Origin: Flavipsychrobacter sp.
GTDB lineage: Bacteria > Bacteroidota > Bacteroidia > Chitinophagales > Chitinophagaceae
DNA: 57,259 bases
NCBI GenBank assembly: GCA_035497355.1
Contig: DATJDP010000103.1
Location: 1 to 57,259, forward strand
Reading direction: 5' to 3'
Shown: positions 44,894 through 54,602 of the stretch, one piece after another
How the letters are laid out: each line of letters starts with the position of its first letter
How positions within the stretch are numbered: the first letter of the stretch is position 1
Program-made: the position numbers and the translations under genes
Notes under the pieces: model-generated
What the model saw: the letters and a program-made list of their open reading frames with translations, nothing else
Databases searched by the model: none
Told to the model about the DNA's origin: nothing

Positions 44894-46033
44894 CTAAGAT
44901 ACCCTTTGAGTTAGTTCCGTTACAATTCGATCAATGCCGAATTTAGAAATTATTTCTTCCCGATCGCGAAAGTCGGCGCTAGGCCCATCTTCAATGGCCT
45001 TTTTCATAGCTTTTGCAATCATATCTGAATCATGATTGCATTGGATAATTGAAGCAATACCGCTGAAAAGTTTTCGAGAAGGGCTATTATTTCCGGTTTC
45101 AGATATAATTAGTCGATTAATTGTTAAATAGTTTACCATCTTACTGGATAGGAATACATCGTCCTCTAATTCCGAATCAATATCTAGTAAGGCCGTAGCC
45201 CTTTCGTAATAAGGAATCAAATCCCGCGTAAATGGATGCAGCATAATCTTTCTTCTTTCAAAATCACTAAAATCTTTAAATAAACTGTTGTCTAAAGATG
45301 TACCAACAAATTCTAATGTTGAATTCGGATATTGCTTGAGTAACTTACGGAAAGCTTGTAAAAGGTACTTTGGATTTCTAACTCCGTATATCCCGCCAGT
45401 GTATAGAAAAGTATAACTTTCAAACGAATACGGAGTCTTTAATTCGATTAATCGTCCGCCATTGGGATTAAAAACAACTCCTTTATATACGAGTTTCTCG
45501 CTGTCAAATGTTGTTAATTGATACATCAACATTTCTTCATTTGCAGCAAAATAATATTGAGCTTTAGACAGCTTTTTCGAAACTATTCTTTTTACCGATC
45601 TATAATATGCATCATTTTTCGACCATCCTATAGGTGCCGGAATTGCATCAACAGAATATACCGCCCATTTGGGTCCATATCTTCGTAGCTTCTCTCCTAA
45701 AAACAATGCAGTATAATGATGGAAGGATACAAAACTGAAAATTAGATCATATTTCTTTATATCGCATTTCCCCAACCTATATAAAACCTTTCTTTCCCAA
45801 ATCCTATCGGTTGGGCAGACACCAAAAATTGATATAAAGAGTTTAAATAACCTTGGATGTAAATTCAATTTTGGTACAATAGTAATTTTATTGGCTGTTC
45901 TTAAATTGGAGGAGTGAAAATCAGATGTTATTAAATCCACAGAATGTATTTTTGACAATCCTTCAATAAGCTTCTCAAAGACAATTCCTGGTGCTGTCCT
46001 CCCTACATTTGGTGAGATAATTAACATGTTCAT
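44894..46033 (-). CDS. Putative GT-B glycosyltransferase
   Basis: 379 aa. MNMLIISPNVGRTAPGIVFEKL… N-domain and a C-domain …LEFVG…YYERATALLDIDSE…. Assignment rests on architecture and context. Confidence 0.5.
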   Translation of the reverse strand: MNMLIISPNVGRTAPGIVFEKLIEGLSKIHSVDLITSDFHSSNLRTANKITIVPKLNLHPRLFKLFISIFGVCPTDRIWERKVLYRLGKCDIKKYDLIFSFVSFHHYTALFLGEKLRRYGPKWAVYSVDAIPAPIGWSKNDAYYRSVKRIVSKKLSKAQYYFAANEEMLMYQLTTFDSEKLVYKGVVFNPNGGRLIELKTPYSFESYTFLYTGGIYGVRNPKYLLQAFRKLLKQYPNSTLEFVGTSLDNSLFKDFSDFERRKIMLHPFTRDLIPYYERATALLDIDSELEDDVFLSSKMVNYLTINRLIISETGNNSPSRKLFSGIASIIQCNHDSDMIAKAMKKAIEDGPSADFRDREEIISKFGIDRIVTELTQRVS

Positions 46034-46039
46034 TGGTAA

Positions 46040-46903
46040 CTAACAATATAACTGATCATATAAAAAGGCGTGGGAGGTCATCCACTCTTTCAGGTCGTTT
46101 AACATCACGGAGTAGCTAGGAACGTTAAAATCGAATTTGGTTGACTTTAGAAGTGATTTATCGACAGCTTTACCCGGTACCGACTCAACGATAACAAGAT
46201 TTCTTTCCCAAACTTTTTTAAACTGCGTAATTAGGTCATACTTACATATTTTTTCTCCATTAGTTACATGCAATAAGCCTGTTAGATCATTTTCTATTGC
46301 AGACTGAATTGCACTTGCAAGCTGTAATGTGGTAATGCCACTCCAGAAAGCTTCTGTAAATCCTTGAACCTTACCTTCCTTTAGCATAAACCAATGAAAT
46401 AGTCCTTCTCCCTCAGATTTGATCTCCGGTCCTATTATCGAAGTTCGAAGCGTCAGGTGGGATTCTGACACAATTTCGCCCAACCCCTTACTTTTACCAT
46501 ACAAATCCTCAGCATCTTGCGGATCATCTTCGCAATAATTTCCTTTTTTTCCAGAAAATACACAATCCGTGCTTATGTGAATAAGCCGAGCATGTACCTC
46601 ATCGGCTAAACGTTTCAATAGGTGCGGAAAATAGGCATTGAGAAGAATGGCGTTATCCGGATATTTCTGAGAACCTTTAACTAGTACCCCAATGCAATTC
46701 ACAATGAAATCTGGTTTCTGAGTCCTTACTAAATTTATTACCGCCTCTGTGTTACTTACATCTATTATTATTGCACTTTCGCTGACCTTTTTGCGGTAGA
46801 CGATGGGAGTGATCTCATAAAGCTTGAGCTCGTTCAAAAAAGAATAGACAACATGTCCGGCCATCCCTGACGCACCAAATAACAATATTTTTTTTTTCTT
46901 CAT
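46040..46903 (-). CDS. SDR-family sugar-nucleotide reductase (RmlD/WbvR-like 4-reductase)
   Basis: 287 aa: KILLFGASGMAGHVV (GxxGxxG) and YGKSK (YxxxK). It sits beside the FnlA-like and 2-epimerase genes. Confidence 0.7.
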   Translation of the reverse strand: MKKKKILLFGASGMAGHVVYSFLNELKLYEITPIVYRKKVSESAIIIDVSNTEAVINLVRTQKPDFIVNCIGVLVKGSQKYPDNAILLNAYFPHLLKRLADEVHARLIHISTDCVFSGKKGNYCEDDPQDAEDLYGKSKGLGEIVSESHLTLRTSIIGPEIKSEGEGLFHWFMLKEGKVQGFTEAFWSGITTLQLASAIQSAIENDLTGLLHVTNGEKICKYDLITQFKKVWERNLVIVESVPGKAVDKSLLKSTKFDFNVPSYSVMLNDLKEWMTSHAFLYDQLYC

Positions 46904-46909
46904 TTACAA

Positions 46910-48025
46910 TTATTTATGCCAAACGGTCCTATTAATGTAATCGGTATAGGACAAAATAATTCGTACTACCTTTTTAGAGACGTTCTCGGTACTATAGTCT
47001 CCCACAATATTAAGATTCCCCTTATCTTGAGAGGTAACTACATCTATAGAGTTGAGAACATGATCTGGATCTAGTCCAGACATAATAAGTGTCCCCTCAT
47101 CCATACCCTCAGGTCTTTCATGAGCCTGCCTAATAGTTATAGCGGGGAAGCCAAGTATAGAAGATTCTTCTGTAATTGTTCCGCTGTCCGATATCACGCA
47201 AAAGGCATTTTGTTCAAGCTTAACGTAGTCAATAAAGCCGAAGGGCTTTAGAAACTCAAGATTCGGATTGGTATTTATAAAGCCTATTTCGTCAAGTTTT
47301 TTCCGTGTTCTGGGATGGGTGGATACAATTACCTTTCTTCGATATTTATTAACAATAGCGTTCAAAGATTCCAATAGGTTCCTGAAATTTTCTTCTGAGT
47401 TCACGTTCTCTTCCCGATGAGTGCTCACTATAAAATACGATCCTGGCTGCAGGTTTTCTCTTTCCAGTACGTCACAATGTTCGATGTCATATGCATGAAA
47501 ACGTAAAACCTCCTTCATAGGAGAACCTGTTTTAATGATTGTTTCAGGTCGCAATCCCTCCGCTATAAGATAACGGCGCGCATGTTCCGAGAGTGGCATA
47601 TTAATATCGCTAAGATGATCCACAATCTTCCTGTTGATTTCTTCTGGCACACGCTGGTCAAAGCATCTATTACCAGCCTCCATATGAAAAATAGGAATTT
47701 GTCTTCTTTTCCCTGCAATAACTGAAAGGCAACTGTTAGTATCTCCATAAATAAGCAAAGCGTCAGGCTTCTCTCTCTCTAACAGTTCGTCAGTTTTACT
47801 AATTACGTTTGCAATTGTCGATGCCGCATTGGTTCCGGCAGCTTCAAGGAAAAAATCAGGCTTACGAATCTTGAGCTGATTAAAAAAAATCTCATTCAAT
47901 TCATAATCAAAATTCTGTCCAGTGTGTGCCACCACATGATGAGTAAATAAGTCCAACTCAGCCATTACTCTGCTCAACTTGATAATCTCAGGTCTCGTTC
48001 CTACAATGGTCATTACTTTAAGCAT
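46910..48025 (-). CDS. UDP-2-acetamido-2,6-dideoxy-hexose 2-epimerase (FnlC/CapG/WbvD-like; WecB superfamily)
   Basis: 371 aa: MLKVMTIVGTRPEIIKLSRV…, …DSGTITEESSILGFPAITIRQAHERPEG…. Confidence 0.75.
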   Translation of the reverse strand: MLKVMTIVGTRPEIIKLSRVMAELDLFTHHVVAHTGQNFDYELNEIFFNQLKIRKPDFFLEAAGTNAASTIANVISKTDELLEREKPDALLIYGDTNSCLSVIAGKRRQIPIFHMEAGNRCFDQRVPEEINRKIVDHLSDINMPLSEHARRYLIAEGLRPETIIKTGSPMKEVLRFHAYDIEHCDVLERENLQPGSYFIVSTHREENVNSEENFRNLLESLNAIVNKYRRKVIVSTHPRTRKKLDEIGFINTNPNLEFLKPFGFIDYVKLEQNAFCVISDSGTITEESSILGFPAITIRQAHERPEGMDEGTLIMSGLDPDHVLNSIDVVTSQDKGNLNIVGDYSTENVSKKVVRIILSYTDYINRTVWHK

Positions 48026-49109
48026 ATGCCTTAATCTCCTTTTTCTTATTTATTTTTTTTTCCATAACCGACTTTATCCTCTTCCTAGCAGGAAGTTCAA
48101 TAAGGTAATACGACAATAAAGAGGTTCCAAATAACATTAGCAAATAAAAATAAAAGACAACGGAAGGGTGCGTGTGCGGAATATACTTACTAAAATAGCG
48201 CACAACAAGAAATATCGGGTATTGTAAGATATATACCCCGTAGCTTATTTCACCCAGCAAAATGCAAAATTTATGGGAAAACAATGTTGTAATCCGGCCT
48301 GTATTCATAGATAACAGGAGGATCAAAGGAACAAAAATATAAGCCATTAGCCCGTTATGAAAATTCAGCTTAACCTTAAAGTGCTCTGTTAAAATGATCG
48401 TCAGAGGAATTAGGATCATCAAAAAGACAATTGAAAGGTCGAAATTCTTATTTTTCCTATATCTGAGAAAAAACAAGCCTGTTAAATTTCCAATCATAAA
48501 CTCACTCAAATGCATAGCAGGAAAGTAGTGTAAAAAGCTATGACTAAAAGAAGGATATCCTTTATAAAAAGGCGAATAAAATAAGCTATTAAATACAACT
48601 TGAGAAATCAACCAAAACGCCAAAACGCATATCGAAATGCTTTTCAAATTTTTTGTCGAATAACCCAAGTTAAACAAAAAAGGAAACAAAACGTAAAAGA
48701 ACATTTCCACGGAAAGAGACCAACCAGGGCCATTTAAACTTGTTGCATATTGAGGAAACCAACCCTGAATTAAGCTACTGCTTAACGCAAATTCTATGAT
48801 GTCAAATTCCCCTAGCTTCACTATAATAAGTAAAGCAGTAATCAAAAGCGCTAAAAAATATACAGGATATATTCGAGCAAACCTATTCACATAGTACTCC
48901 TTAATATTAATTTTTACCCTCTTCGCGCTATACGCAATAACCATGACGAAGCCTGAGAGTATAAAAAAATAGCTAACTCCGATATTAGCGTGCGAAAATA
49001 ACGTTGAAAAAATTGAAAAATTAAATGGTGGCGATGCCATACCGTAATGGAAAACTACGATGGAAATGGCTGCTAAAAAACGCGTAAACGTTAATTGATT
49101 TAGTTGCAT
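48018..49109 (-). CDS. Acyltransferase family 3 membrane O-acyltransferase (OafA-like)
   Basis: 363 aa. MQLNQLTFTRFLAAISIVVFH… is the characteristic start, followed by about 10 TM segments. Confidence 0.75.
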   Translation of the reverse strand: MQLNQLTFTRFLAAISIVVFHYGMASPPFNFSIFSTLFSHANIGVSYFFILSGFVMVIAYSAKRVKINIKEYYVNRFARIYPVYFLALLITALLIIVKLGEFDIIEFALSSSLIQGWFPQYATSLNGPGWSLSVEMFFYVLFPFLFNLGYSTKNLKSISICVLAFWLISQVVFNSLFYSPFYKGYPSFSHSFLHYFPAMHLSEFMIGNLTGLFFLRYRKNKNFDLSIVFLMILIPLTIILTEHFKVKLNFHNGLMAYIFVPLILLLSMNTGRITTLFSHKFCILLGEISYGVYILQYPIFLVVRYFSKYIPHTHPSVVFYFYLLMLFGTSLLSYYLIELPARKRIKSVMEKKINKKKEIKAYA

Positions 49110-49121
49110 TCTAAATTTTTA

Positions 49122-50144
49122 TTAAAGCGCCATAACATCTTCTCTAATAATATTAAGCTTTAGAAGCAACTCTTTCATTTCATCTACATTAAGTCTATAA
49201 GTATTATGAGAATGGTAGTCGTCAAACCCAGAAATTTTTGCTTCTCCCTCTATAAAATATTTATCATAATTCAGATCACGACCGTCGCAGGGGATTCTAT
49301 AATGTTTTCCCAAGTCTATGGACCTTGCCATTTCTTCGCGTGTTACGAGTGACTCATACAGCTTTTCTCCGTGTCTGGTTCCAATAAGGTTGACATCTTC
49401 TTTTTTCCCATACAAAATATGAATTGCCTTTGACAAAACATCCAATGTCACCGCAGGCGCTTTTTGAACAAATAGATCTCCATTCTTTCCATGCTCAAAC
49501 GCATAAAGCACCAAGTCCACAGCGTCATCTAATGTCATCATAAAACGAGTCATTGAAGGATCGGTAATTGCAATTTTCTTACCTGCCTTTAGTTGATCGA
49601 TCCAAAGGGGAATCACCGAACCCCGACTTGCCATTACATTGCCATATCGAGTGCAACATATCGTCGTATTACTGTCGCTATTAAGGGAACGTGCTTTCGC
49701 AATCGCTACTTTCTCAGCCATTGCTTTGCTAATTCCCATGGCATTGATAGGATAGCAAGCTTTATCAGTACTTAAAATAATCACGTTTTTCACTTTGTGT
49801 TGAATAGCCGATGCAATTACATTTTCCGTTCCAAACACATTTGTTCTAACCGCTTCTATAGGAAAAAACTCACACGAAGGCACTTGTTTCAATGCTGCTG
49901 CATGGAAAACATAATCTACTCCGCTCATTGCGCCATCCACACTCGTCCGGTCTCGAACATCGCCTATATAAAATTTCACCTTGTGAGATTTAAGCATATG
50001 CCTCATTTCATCTTGCTTTTTCTCGTCGCGGCTAAATACCCTTATCTCCTTAATATCGGTGAGAAGAAATCGATTTAATACCGCATTACCAAAAGATCCG
50101 GTACCGCCGGTAACTAATAAAACTTTATTATCGAACATAATCAT
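49122..50144 (-). CDS. UDP-N-acetylglucosamine 4,6-dehydratase/5-epimerase (FnlA/CapE/WbvB-like)
   Basis: MIMFDNKVLLVTGGTGSFGNAVLNRFLLTDIKEIRVFSRDEKKQDEMR…KFYIGDVRD is the hallmark of this subfamily. The ORF-track start at 50210 overlaps wzx and is rejected. Confidence 0.85.
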   Translation of the reverse strand: MIMFDNKVLLVTGGTGSFGNAVLNRFLLTDIKEIRVFSRDEKKQDEMRHMLKSHKVKFYIGDVRDRTSVDGAMSGVDYVFHAAALKQVPSCEFFPIEAVRTNVFGTENVIASAIQHKVKNVIILSTDKACYPINAMGISKAMAEKVAIAKARSLNSDSNTTICCTRYGNVMASRGSVIPLWIDQLKAGKKIAITDPSMTRFMMTLDDAVDLVLYAFEHGKNGDLFVQKAPAVTLDVLSKAIHILYGKKEDVNLIGTRHGEKLYESLVTREEMARSIDLGKHYRIPCDGRDLNYDKYFIEGEAKISGFDDYHSHNTYRLNVDEMKELLLKLNIIREDVMAL

Positions 50145-50154
50145 TTTTAGATTC

Positions 50155-51705
50155 TTATTTGTAAATAGCGGCTCTTCCGCGGGCAAGGAGTGACTTAATG
50201 TAATTTGCAATATTCGCGCGTTCAGATTTACTTAAACCCAAAATCCATATTGTACATGAAAGAAATATGCTCGTTGTAATGAACATCGTAATAATCTGGA
50301 TAATTTGATTTTGACCCCACCCAGGTACTAAAAAGGAAAATGCCAAAATAATTACCGTAACTAATAATATCCTGCCTATAACTTGGCCTAAAAATAAGCC
50401 TACAGGGAAAAAAACAAGTTTTTTCAAAATCATTAGTCGCGCTAACAATGAGAGAAGTGATAGTGTTATTGAAACGATAAAGGTAAATTCTGGGCCATAC
50501 CCGCTCCTCAGCAAAATGTATGACAAAGGTAAATTCAAAAGCAATATTATACTTACTATTAGCTGATACCTTCGGACTTTGCCGGTCGCTTGCGCCACTA
50601 TTTGCAGCGGCCCAGATAGACAAGCGATTAAAATGTCTATTAACACCAATTGTGTAAATAATGTAGTGTACTTAGGAACAGTTTTTAGCCATAATCTAAG
50701 GATGATATCTGTTTTAAACAGAATAGGAATTATGAAGAACAACAAAAGAAAATACGAAAACTTAGCCGATGTGCAAATTAACAAGTTTAGTCTCTCGTCC
50801 TGACGTGCATATAATTTAGTTATGGCAGGATTTAATGCTATTTGGAAATTTGTAACGAATTGATTGATAGCGCCCATCACTTGAAATGCAATACCCCGAG
50901 CGGCATTCACAATAGGTCCAAAGAAAACATTAAGAAGAATATTTACGCCCTGATTGTAACCGATTCCAGCAAAAACACCAAATAAATTCCAACCCGCAAA
51001 AGCCATCATCTCAATAAAAAGCTGCCTGTCCCAAAAAAAGTAATATTTCGACTCCTTAAAATGACGTGCGCAATAAAAACCGTAAATAATTCGTACCACT
51101 AAGGAAACAGCAAATATAAAAGCTGAATAAAGGATCATCTTATCGCCGCCGAGGTAGTAAAGAGTGTAAGTTGCGGCTAATTTTAGACCCACTTCAAGTA
51201 TTCCAATTTTTGCAAAAACCCCCATCCGTTCGTGCGCTATAATTGCTGCATTGTATGGAACGCTCAAAATTGTTACGATAGAGGTGAAAATTGAAAGTTG
51301 AAAAATCCAATTAGCAGCCTCCATTCTGACCGTTGGAATAATTAATTTTTTGTTCAGAAACCAAACACCGATTGTTTCCGAGAGTAACAATATAACCAAG
51401 GCTATGATGATATGGGACGTCACGCTTAGACTGAATACTCTCTTTAACTTTAGCGTGTTTTTTTCAGCAATTTCAATAGTTAGAAATCGCTGTGTTGATG
51501 CGGTCATTGCGCTGTTTAAGAAACTAAACATAATAACGATTCCGCCGACAACGTTATATATACCAAAATCTTCAGCCCCAAGCAGATTGAGCACGAGACG
51601 AGAGGTGTATAGGGAGATCGTCATCGTGAACAACATCCGGAAATATAATGTTACAGTATTCTTGGCTATCCGCTTATTACCTGACAACTGAAAATGCTTT
51701 ATCAA
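50155..51705 (-). CDS. wzx: Wzx-type flippase (MOP/polysaccharide biosynthesis protein family)
   Basis: 516 aa with 12 or more TM segments and N-terminus …IAKNTVTLYFRMLFTMTISLYTSRLVLNLLGAEDFGIYNVVGG…. The annotated start is a TTG. Confidence 0.8.
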   Translation of the reverse strand: MIKHFQLSGNKRIAKNTVTLYFRMLFTMTISLYTSRLVLNLLGAEDFGIYNVVGGIVIMFSFLNSAMTASTQRFLTIEIAEKNTLKLKRVFSLSVTSHIIIALVILLLSETIGVWFLNKKLIIPTVRMEAANWIFQLSIFTSIVTILSVPYNAAIIAHERMGVFAKIGILEVGLKLAATYTLYYLGGDKMILYSAFIFAVSLVVRIIYGFYCARHFKESKYYFFWDRQLFIEMMAFAGWNLFGVFAGIGYNQGVNILLNVFFGPIVNAARGIAFQVMGAINQFVTNFQIALNPAITKLYARQDERLNLLICTSAKFSYFLLLFFIIPILFKTDIILRLWLKTVPKYTTLFTQLVLIDILIACLSGPLQIVAQATGKVRRYQLIVSIILLLNLPLSYILLRSGYGPEFTFIVSITLSLLSLLARLMILKKLVFFPVGLFLGQVIGRILLVTVIILAFSFLVPGWGQNQIIQIITMFITTSIFLSCTIWILGLSKSERANIANYIKSLLARGRAAIYK

Positions 51706-52091
51706 TTACAAACTTACGTCGTACGTAAATTCAGTATATCTACTTACCTTCAAACTGAAGTTATCTGTGTTCTCAAAAATGAATCAGTGCCACGTCCGTT
51801 TGCCCCTGATTAAGGACTTGAAGTGTTTAGACGTGTAATTGGGGGACTACCTGTTTCGCCTCAATACTATTGCTGATTAAGTCAATTTTCAAAACGTCCC
51901 TAGTTCAATCCAGTCATATAAACCAACTATGACTGAAAAATTATCACTTGCTAGAACTTTACCCAACTGCATGCTTTATGGGTTTGTAAGGCGAAGTTGC
52001 CCCGATGTATTTTGGTCTTGATATTGGATTTGCCATTGCCATAACCTGGTTCGGCACTTATGATAACAAGAAAACTAAGTAGCTACAAACG

Positions 52092-54500
52092 CTAGAATTT
52101 GCTCCTCATTCGCTGTAATAGCCCTTTCTTTACATTAACTTTTTTGTCACCATTTTCAAAATATCCATTGCCATAAGCTCCGTAACCATAGCCTCCATAA
52201 CCGTAGCCATAGCCATAGCCATAACCGTAACCATACCCCTTCCCAGCCTTTACATCATTAATAACGAGACTAAGTTTTGGAAATTTACGGTTTCGGTATA
52301 ACTCCTCAATCTGCTTGATTTGCTGCTTGAAAGTGTACCCCTGCCGAACAATGAAGAGTGCCATATCGGCATGAACAGAAAGCAATTGTGCATCGGTGAC
52401 AAGGCCCACAGGGGCGGTATCTATAACTATATAATCAAAATGTTCTTTCAGCAGACTAAACAACTCTGTAACGCGGGGCAGCATGAGCAATTCCGCAGGA
52501 TTAGGTGGAACCGGACCGGCAGGAACAACCCAAAGGCTGTCCTGAACACCGGAAGGCTTAATAATATCAGCAGGCTCCGCCTGGCCAATGGCAAAGGTGG
52601 AAAACCCAATGGCATTATCCAGCTTCAATGCAGCAGAAATCTTCGGTTTACGTAAGTCCAGCTCCATTAAGACCACCTTTTTACCGGATACGGCTAAGGT
52701 AGCTGCGAGATTAGTCGCAATAAAAGATTTACCCTCCCCACTCATGGAAGAAGTGAGCATAATGATCTTCTCCTCCTTATTGGTCAGCATGAACTGCAGA
52801 TTGGTACGCAATGCTCTAAACTGCTCCGCTATCACTGAACGGCTGCCTTCCTTGACTACCACAGCCTCCTGCTCGGCACTATGGGCAATCTCACCTACGA
52901 TGGCTGCCCCAGTACGGTCAGTTACGTCAGTCTTATTAACCATCCGTGTATTAAGCATGTTCTTCAGGTAAAGTACCCCCCCAGGAATAATAAGCCCGAT
53001 AAGGAAGGCAGACAAATAGATCAGTTGATGTTTAGGCTTGAACGGAAGCTGGTCTGTTTTTGCAGGGTCAACGACGCGCGCATTGGCAATGGTAGCGGAT
53101 TTGCTTACCGCAGTTTCCTCCCTTTTCTTTAATAGAAATAGATATAGTTCCTGCTTGATAGACTGCTGGCGGGATTTTTCCAGGTAGATACGCTCCTTAG
53201 CTGGTACGGAGCGAAGCTGAGTAGCCAAAGTACCCGTCTGCTGCTCCAGCTTGTTGATGCTTGCCTCAATACCCTTTTTAAGGGAGGCCAATCCGCTACG
53301 CATGTCTGCACGCACGCTTGCCAATCGTTGATCCAGGTTTTTGACTAATGGGTTGTTCTCCGTGGAGCTCATGAGGAGCTTTTCGCGCTCGAGCTGTAAC
53401 TCATTATAATTATTGACCGTGGCTGCAAAACTCGGATCCTGTACGATCATGGAAGATGGCACAACCCGCTTGTCGTTTTCACTAAGGTATTTTTGAAGGG
53501 ATTCCAATACGCTGAGCTGTACCTGCTGAGCCGAGAGCTGTTTCACATAGTCTGAAGTATTCGAGATGAGCGCCTGACTTTGTGCGCTCAGGTCAGTAAG
53601 GCCGGTCTGCTCTTTGAAGCTTTCAATATCTTTTTCGATGCCGGTCAGTTCATCTCCTACCAGTACAAGCCGGTCATCAATAAAGCGCATAGTGCTGTCC
53701 GCAATACGGTTCTTATCATCCACATTGCTCTGCATATACTCTCTGATCAGCTTATTGAGTACTGCCTCCCCTTTAGCTGGAACAGGGGTTTCCATAGTGA
53801 GATCTATGGTACTTACCTGTTTGTTAGGAATGGCTACTGAAAGAGCAGCCATATAGGAGGCTACAGAAGCGTCCAGGTTATTAACTACAATCGTATACTC
53901 CTCATTTGGGTCCGAATTAGTTGCAAATGTTCGGGTAAAAAGTGCATTTCCAATAGGCAGACGGAGGGTATCACCCCAGTTGCCTTTCCAGGAATGTTGT
54001 TCATCTTTTAGTTCAAAGCTCTTTTGGTCTACTGCTTTGAACGTATAGGTATGTTTCCCTTTTAGAGAGTCCTCGAACAAAGGGACAAAAAATAACTGGA
54101 AGGCCTTATCGTTGTAACGTTCTATGGTTTTGACCCTCCCTTGGGTATAATAATGGACATTGAGCTGCAGGTCACGCACCACCTTTTCCATCAATGTGCG
54201 GGATTTGAAAATCTCTACCTCGTTATCTACGTTCGACTTGCCGCCCAACCCTAGATCCTTCAATAAACCGGCATCCGGCATGCCGCCGCCTTTTTTATCG
54301 TCCTGAACGAGAACGGTGGCGTGGGTCTTGTACTGAGCGGTGCTGTAGCGGAGGTAGAAGAAGGCAATGAGCATAGCGGCAATGACGGCGCCTGCAAACC
54401 AGTACCAGTTCTGGCTGATAATGGCGATGATCCGCTGGATATTTATGCTACTTTCTTCTTCGGGCTGCTGCTCGGCAGTATGGTTAAAGTTTTCCTGCAT
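52092..54500 (-). CDS. wzc: Wzc-like polysaccharide co-polymerase / BY-kinase (chain-length determinant + tyrosine autokinase)
   Basis: 802 aa with an N-terminal TM and Wzz domain, a long coiled-coil periplasmic region and a second TM. Walker A is SSMSGEGKSF, and DTAP-type Walker boxes are present. The C-terminal Tyr cluster reads GKGYGYGYGYGYGYGGYGYGAYGNGYF. Confidence 0.9.
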   Translation of the reverse strand: MQENFNHTAEQQPEEESSINIQRIIAIISQNWYWFAGAVIAAMLIAFFYLRYSTAQYKTHATVLVQDDKKGGGMPDAGLLKDLGLGGKSNVDNEVEIFKSRTLMEKVVRDLQLNVHYYTQGRVKTIERYNDKAFQLFFVPLFEDSLKGKHTYTFKAVDQKSFELKDEQHSWKGNWGDTLRLPIGNALFTRTFATNSDPNEEYTIVVNNLDASVASYMAALSVAIPNKQVSTIDLTMETPVPAKGEAVLNKLIREYMQSNVDDKNRIADSTMRFIDDRLVLVGDELTGIEKDIESFKEQTGLTDLSAQSQALISNTSDYVKQLSAQQVQLSVLESLQKYLSENDKRVVPSSMIVQDPSFAATVNNYNELQLEREKLLMSSTENNPLVKNLDQRLASVRADMRSGLASLKKGIEASINKLEQQTGTLATQLRSVPAKERIYLEKSRQQSIKQELYLFLLKKREETAVSKSATIANARVVDPAKTDQLPFKPKHQLIYLSAFLIGLIIPGGVLYLKNMLNTRMVNKTDVTDRTGAAIVGEIAHSAEQEAVVVKEGSRSVIAEQFRALRTNLQFMLTNKEEKIIMLTSSMSGEGKSFIATNLAATLAVSGKKVVLMELDLRKPKISAALKLDNAIGFSTFAIGQAEPADIIKPSGVQDSLWVVPAGPVPPNPAELLMLPRVTELFSLLKEHFDYIVIDTAPVGLVTDAQLLSVHADMALFIVRQGYTFKQQIKQIEELYRNRKFPKLSLVINDVKAGKGYGYGYGYGYGYGYGGYGYGAYGNGYFENGDKKVNVKKGLLQRMRSKF

Positions 54501-54594
54501 TGTTACTGTTTTCTCTCCGTAAGGGGCCGTTTATTGCCGCCTTTCAGCGGATATACGGGTATTGAATTATTTAATGTTTGGTTGATTGGGTTTG

Positions 54595-54602
54595 CAAATG
54601 TA
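54595..54602 (-). promoter_or_regulatory. Candidate -7 box (TACATTTG on the minus strand) ~95 nt upstream of wzc
   Basis: Plus-strand caaatgta equals minus-strand tacatttg, which fits TAnnTTTG. It lies at the edge of the repeat field. Confidence 0.25.
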
